Source: a bacterium
GTDB taxonomy: Bacteria; Patescibacteriota; Patescibacteriia; Veblenbacterales; UBA10138
Assembly (NCBI GenBank): GCA_020057885.1
Contig: JAGVEX010000015.1
Location: 130,168-194,167, forward strand
Length of the DNA: 64,000 nt
Reading direction: 5' to 3'
Part shown: positions 59,307 to 64,000 of the stretch, in pieces
Numbering within the stretch: position 1 is the first letter of the stretch
Layout: every line of letters begins with the position of its first letter
The notes under the pieces: model-generated
What the model was told of the DNA's origin: nothing
The model's database searches: none
Seen by the model: the letters and a program-made list of their open reading frames with translations, nothing else
Position numbers and translations under genes: made by a program

Positions 59307-60427
59307 GGTAATTGTTTATAAAGTTCACGCAAACTTTCGCCTATTCTATCCCAACGATATTTTTGCTCTACAATTTCTCTACCCCGCTCACCCATTTCTT
59401 GGGCCTCTAATTTGGAATCCAAAATATGATCAATGCTAACAGATAAGGCTAGAGCATCGCCTGGCGTAACCAAAAGGCCGGCTTTAGGTACACCAACTAA
59501 TTCACGCACCCCTGGCAAACCGGAGGCCACCACTGGCACTCCACAGGCCATAGCTTGCAGTAATACCAAACCAAAAGCCTCAGCCTCGTTAATGGAAGGC
59601 AACACAAAAACAGAAGCTAACCTAAAATAATTTGGCAGTTCTGCATCTGGCACATAACCGCAAAATTCTACTTGCCGTTGAATTCCTAAATCTCGGGCAA
59701 ATTTTTCATAACGAGAACGTAAATTACCCTTACCCACAATTAATAAACGCCAGGTACGATGTTTAAGCTGTTCCATAGCACGCAATAATACATCTACACC
59801 TTTAAATTCATGCGCCGAATCCAGCGAACCAACAAACAACACCACTGGCATATGTTCTTTTATGCCCAATTGATGTTTTAAGCGGGCTGAAACCTCGCCT
59901 GGCAAATAATTATTATCCACCCCCGCTGGTAAAACCTGCCACTTTTCAGAATGACCCAAACGAGGTAAAGCAATGGTGGTAATATAATCTTGGGTTAAGG
60001 CTAAAAGAGAATCGGCTCGTTTAGCCAAGCGCTGTTCCATTAGCCGACCTTCAAGTCTAAAAATAAATCCCCGCAAACCGCCAGCGCGCGGTACCATATG
60101 ATAAGTAACAATTAATTTTTGATTTTTATTTAATTGCGGTAAAAATTCATGTGCGCCAAAAAACGGATAATGCAAATGCACTACGTCAAACTTTTTTAAG
60201 CGCCACCAAAGTTGAGGCAAAAAAGCAGCATTGCCGTAAGCCAATAATGGTTTTAAGGCTTCAACCTTAACACCTGCTGTATTTTTAAAATTTCGTCGCC
60301 CCCCATAGCGAGGCGTAAAAACGGTTACTTGATGCTCCAAAGCAAGCGCCGTAGCGTAGCGATAAGCTACTTCACCAATACCACCGCCATAAGGCGGATA
60401 AACACAAGTTAATTGAGCCACACGCAT
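59303..60427 (-). CDS. glycosyltransferase family 4
   Basis: YPPYGGG, KGVDVL, EAFGLVLLQAMACG. Confidence 0.92.
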   Translation of the reverse strand: MRVAQLTCVYPPYGGGIGEVAYRYATALALEHQVTVFTPRYGGRRNFKNTAGVKVEALKPLLAYGNAAFLPQLWWRLKKFDVVHLHYPFFGAHEFLPQLNKNQKLIVTYHMVPRAGGLRGFIFRLEGRLMEQRLAKRADSLLALTQDYITTIALPRLGHSEKWQVLPAGVDNNYLPGEVSARLKHQLGIKEHMPVVLFVGSLDSAHEFKGVDVLLRAMEQLKHRTWRLLIVGKGNLRSRYEKFARDLGIQRQVEFCGYVPDAELPNYFRLASVFVLPSINEAEAFGLVLLQAMACGVPVVASGLPGVRELVGVPKAGLLVTPGDALALSVSIDHILDSKLEAQEMGERGREIVEQKYRWDRIGESLRELYKQLP

Positions 60428-60428
60428 A

Positions 60429-61475
60429 TTACCAGCGAATTAAAGGATAAATTATTCTCCAAACTAAAGTGCTTAGAGGATTAAATATATATTTAGTTAC
60501 ACTACCACCCTCGCTGTGAAACTCAATTTTACTGCCAGCAAAAGAAAGAAGTTCGCGATCCGTTAACTGACGAACTATTTGCAACTCACGGCGGCGTTTA
60601 AATAAATAATGCCAAGTATTAAAATGCAAAAAATAAACATAAGACTTAAACTTAACACCAAACCATCCTCCTACCATAGATGTTAATAAAAGCATTAATT
60701 CACTCGCTAACCATGGCACAAAAAGTAAGGCCAGTGTTGGCCACTTGAAATATAGTAACCAGACTATAAAACGATTACGCTCCATATAATAAAACTGCTT
60801 TAAGCTGCGTGATGGCTCGTAATAATGAGTGACATAGCCAGCTGGCTCCACTGCCAAACGCCAGCCGTAAAACCTCATCCTAAAAGAAAGCTCCAAATCC
60901 TCGTGATACATAAATAGTTCATCATTAAAAAGACCTACTTGATTTAAAGTACTGCTTCGCAATAACACAGCCGCCCCAGAAATATAAGGCGGTTCGCTTT
61001 CTTTAAGCCAAGGTAAACGCGCTATGGCTTCGGGTAAAGCCAAACCAAGCCCCCAAGCTTCAGCTAAACCTAAATAATGAAATGAGTTTCCCAAAGAATT
61101 AACTTTGCCATCGGGCAAAATTATAGCTGGTTGCACAGCTCCTACTTTAGGATACAAATTTAAATAACGGGCTAATTCATCCAAAGTACCAAGGTGTAAT
61201 TCAGCGTCTTGATTTAATAAAAATACAGCCTCAGCGCCACTAGCCAAAGCAGCCTTAAGGCCAACATTATTTCCGCCAGCAAATCCTAAATTTTTAACTT
61301 GTTTAAAAAGCTTAATTGACGGATATTTTTGAGTAATAAAATCAACTGAACCGTCGGTGGAATTATTATCCACCACATAAACTGGTACACCAACAGCGCA
61401 CTTAAAACAAGAATCAAGTGTACGCTCAATCCATTTCATCCCATTATAAGTAACTATAACAATGGCCAGGCGCAT
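60429..61475 (-). CDS. glycosyltransferase family 2 (rhamnosyltransferase-like)
   Basis: VIVTYN, VDNNSTD, NLGFAGGNN, LNQD, FMYHED. Confidence 0.9.
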   Translation of the reverse strand: MRLAIVIVTYNGMKWIERTLDSCFKCAVGVPVYVVDNNSTDGSVDFITQKYPSIKLFKQVKNLGFAGGNNVGLKAALASGAEAVFLLNQDAELHLGTLDELARYLNLYPKVGAVQPAIILPDGKVNSLGNSFHYLGLAEAWGLGLALPEAIARLPWLKESEPPYISGAAVLLRSSTLNQVGLFNDELFMYHEDLELSFRMRFYGWRLAVEPAGYVTHYYEPSRSLKQFYYMERNRFIVWLLYFKWPTLALLFVPWLASELMLLLTSMVGGWFGVKFKSYVYFLHFNTWHYLFKRRRELQIVRQLTDRELLSFAGSKIEFHSEGGSVTKYIFNPLSTLVWRIIYPLIRW

Positions 61476-61477
61476 GT

Positions 61478-61942
61478 CTAAAGTTTACTATTTAATTCTT
61501 GTGTTTGCTTAAATTTACGGTTTTTAAACCAATAAGCCACAGACCAACGGCCTGCGCCTTCGCCCCAAACAGCCAAAGCCAACACTAACAAACCGACATT
61601 TTTCCAGATTAAAGAAAAGTCAAATATAAAGAAAAATATCAAAAACAATAAAACCGATAAAGCGGCTGCTATTTCCACCCCTAAACCAACTAACAAAATG
61701 GTTCCCAAAGCCAACTCGGCTATTGATTGCCAAAAAACAAATATTGCTGGATCAAACGGCAACCAAATAAGGCTACTCAAAAAATCAATTGCCTCGACGC
61801 TATTGGTACAAATTCCAAATGGATTACTACTCAAGCCTAATTTGCTTAAGCCAGACCATAAAAAAATAAAACCCAAGCCTAGCCTAAGTAATAATGATAC
61901 ATAAGGCTTAATAAATAAAGAAAATCTAGAAAAAAAACTCAT
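61478..61942 (-). CDS. DoxX family membrane protein
   Basis: LLRLGLGFIFLWSGLSK...ELALG...GAGRWS. Confidence 0.8.
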   Translation of the reverse strand: MSFFSRFSLFIKPYVSLLLRLGLGFIFLWSGLSKLGLSSNPFGICTNSVEAIDFLSSLIWLPFDPAIFVFWQSIAELALGTILLVGLGVEIAAALSVLLFLIFFFIFDFSLIWKNVGLLVLALAVWGEGAGRWSVAYWFKNRKFKQTQELNSKL

Positions 61943-61943
61943 A

Positions 61944-62309
61944 CTAATTCACTGACTGATTAGGCTCGTTTTCTTTTTTATTTTTATCAACTTGTTTAAT
62001 GGCCAAATGACGTACTACGGCAGTAATTTCATGATCAATTTTTTCAAAACGCAAAAATAAACGAAAGATAAGATAAAAAATCAAAAGCAAAGCTAAATAA
62101 ACAATCAAATCACTGCCGCGCCCTACTCCAACTAAAATGGCTAAATAAGAAGCTACGTCCGGCACCATTACAACCACTGCTACTACTAACCACAAAGCAA
62201 ACCATTCAATAAATTCTACCGGCGTAATTTCACCAGCGCGCCAACGTGCATAAATTCTCCACCATACCACCAGCACAACTACTAAGATAATAATTTGAAT
62301 AATAGACAT
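61944..62309 (-). CDS. DUF2304 family membrane protein (GacJ-like)
   Basis: GVGRGSDLIVY...IT.VVR.LA. Confidence 0.85.
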   Translation of the reverse strand: MSIIQIIILVVVLVVWWRIYARWRAGEITPVEFIEWFALWLVVAVVVMVPDVASYLAILVGVGRGSDLIVYLALLLIFYLIFRLFLRFEKIDHEITAVVRHLAIKQVDKNKKENEPNQSVN

Positions 62310-62313
62310 AAAA

Positions 62314-62985
62314 TTAACGCGTTAATTTGCTCCAAAAAATATCACGTACAATTTTTAATACTGGCCAACTGCCTTGTTGAGAAGATTTGCGACTATAAGC
62401 GGTGTAGTGCACGGTTACCGGCACTTCCACATATGGAATCTTCAATCGAGCTATTTCGTCTATCACCTCTGAACTAAAAGCCATTCGATCCTGCTTAAGA
62501 TTCATTTGCTGTAAAGCGGCAGCAGTAAAAGCGCGAAAACCATTGTGTGTATCGCTTAATTTTATTCCCGAAATAAACCAGGTAAAAATTATAGCAAGTT
62601 TTAGTGTTAAACGGCGCAAAGTCGGCATACCCAATGTCTTTCCCAAAAAACGCGAGCCCAAGGCTACACTAGCTCGCCCTGGTTTAAGCACAGTTAAAAG
62701 CTTCGGAATTTCATTTGATTCAAATTGAGCATCGGAATCAAAATTTACGACTGCCTCTGCGCCGTTTTGCAAAGCATAATTCATTCCCGTGATAAGCGCT
62801 GCGCCATAACCACGATTGACAAAGTGTCTAAGCACAATGGCACCAGCCTGCTTTGCAACCTCAGCTGTATTATCAGTCGAGCCATCATCCACTACTACCG
62901 CCTGGCCATAGGAAGATGTTTTTTTAACTATCTCCCCAACCGTACTAGCTGTTTCGTAAGCTGGAATAATAATAAAAACTTTCAT
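62314..62985 (-). CDS. GT2 polyprenol-phosphate glycosyltransferase (DPM1/GacI-like)
   Basis: IPAYE, VDDGSTD, NRGYGAAL, FDSDAQ, GSRF, DTHNGFRA. Confidence 0.88.
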   Translation of the reverse strand: MKVFIIIPAYETASTVGEIVKKTSSYGQAVVVDDGSTDNTAEVAKQAGAIVLRHFVNRGYGAALITGMNYALQNGAEAVVNFDSDAQFESNEIPKLLTVLKPGRASVALGSRFLGKTLGMPTLRRLTLKLAIIFTWFISGIKLSDTHNGFRAFTAAALQQMNLKQDRMAFSSEVIDEIARLKIPYVEVPVTVHYTAYSRKSSQQGSWPVLKIVRDIFWSKLTR

Positions 62986-63902
62986 ACTTTAAGATTATCC
63001 TTAAACCAGCGTATGGTAAGACCTAAACCATCCACCAGCGGCACTTGCGGTTTCCAATCCAATTCGCGCTCAGCGCGACGTGGTGACAAGGCACTACGTT
63101 TAATATCAGCTGGTCGGGGCGGGGCATAATTGACTTGGGGAATAATATTTGCCACCTTACCCATTTCTACTAACAATTCACGTATGGAAACGTCTCGGGC
63201 AGTGCTTAAATTATAAACACCACTACCTTTTACCATAGCGGCAATTATACCTGCCGCTACATCTCCTACATAAATAAAATCTCTGGTTTGATCGCCTTTA
63301 CCCTCAATGGTGACGGTGCCGCTGGTTAAAAGATTACGTGAAAATTGCGCTACCACCCCACCCTCGGCATCATGTACCTGACGTGGCCCATAAACATTAG
63401 CTGGACGCACCACTACGTTAGCTACGCCATATTCACGAGAAAAATAGTTCAAATAATTCTCTAGGGTGTGTTTAGATAAAGCGTAAGGTGAAGTTAATTG
63501 AAATTCAGAAGTTTCGGGTGTTGGTATTTCTCTGGGATCGCCGTAAACTGCGCCAGTAGAAACAAATAAAAACTTTTTTAATTCTAAATTTTTTATAGCT
63601 TCTAAAATATTAATACTGCCGACAATATTAACACTGGCGTCAAAAGCAACATCTTGGTGCGAACGAGCCACGCTTTTTTGAGCTGCCAAATGACAAATAT
63701 AATCAGGTTTTAATCTAACTAATAATTGTTGTAATTTAGGCGACCTAATGTCAAGTTTATAAAAAAGCGCTGGTGCGGGCACCTGCGAACGCTTACCCGA
63801 AGACAAATCGTCAATTACAAAAACTTGATAGTGTGCTCTTAATAAAGCTTCTACCAAGTGTGAACCTATAAAACCTGCTCCGCCAGTGACAAGAACTTTC
63901 AT
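62982..63902 (-). CDS. NAD-dependent epimerase/dehydratase (GalE-like)
   Basis: GGAGFIGS, YALSK, NVYGPRQ, QTRDFIYV. Confidence 0.92.
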   Translation of the reverse strand: MKVLVTGGAGFIGSHLVEALLRAHYQVFVIDDLSSGKRSQVPAPALFYKLDIRSPKLQQLLVRLKPDYICHLAAQKSVARSHQDVAFDASVNIVGSINILEAIKNLELKKFLFVSTGAVYGDPREIPTPETSEFQLTSPYALSKHTLENYLNYFSREYGVANVVVRPANVYGPRQVHDAEGGVVAQFSRNLLTSGTVTIEGKGDQTRDFIYVGDVAAGIIAAMVKGSGVYNLSTARDVSIRELLVEMGKVANIIPQVNYAPPRPADIKRSALSPRRAERELDWKPQVPLVDGLGLTIRWFKDNLKV

Positions 63903-63908
63903 AAAATT

Positions 63909-64000
63909 TTACTTTAAGTATTTTTTCAACTCTTTTACCTTATCTAATTTTTCCCAAGTAAACTCCGGCTCCTTGCGGCCAAAGTGACCATAAGCGGCCG
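63909..64000 (-). CDS. metK: methionine adenosyltransferase, C-terminal fragment (5' part lies outside the window)
   Basis: Translated by hand: AAYGHFGRKEPEFTWEKLDKVKELKKYLK*. Confidence 0.9.
   Translation of the reverse strand, partial: AAYGHFGRKEPEFTWEKLDKVKELKKYLK

Noticed and set aside
1519-63129. Many short ORFs in the track lying antisense to or inside long genes (e.g. 1519..1842, 20924..21316, 32629..33048, 46446..46826, 62725..63129)
   Set aside because: They are shadows of well-supported genes, with no motifs or expression signals

Overview
A gene-dense, AT-rich bacterial chromosome segment using standard code 11 (TGA acts as a stop). The gene inventory is most consistent with a Patescibacteria/CPR (Parcubacteria-like) genome; this is inferred, not demonstrated. 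In order, the window holds: TerC, a P-type ATPase, Nudix, metallophosphoesterase and cupin genes; an ECF sigma-linked MacAB-type ABC exporter operon; secA; hpf-speA-speB; prs; the mraY-murD-ftsW-murG-murC...murB cluster; a secretin-less type IV pilus locus; rpmA, pyrG, rplI, ctpA and murA; and a long surface-glycan locus (rml, GT2/GT4/GT-C) containing ahcY and metK. I found no tRNA, rRNA, CRISPR array, transposase or integrase. The most unusual signals are non-coding. (1) A 1.4 kb antisense island splits murC from murB; it has a near-consensus sigma70 promoter, a ~150 nt three-way-junction RNA with a cUUCGg loop, a second hairpin-rich region with mutually exclusive stems, and two small membrane-peptide ORFs. 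(2) Tandem ECF-type promoters bracket a small structured RNA that displays an anti-Shine-Dalgarno sequence. (3) A family of long, loopless, perfect intergenic palindromes is dispersed through the window. All RNA structures were paired by eye, not computed.
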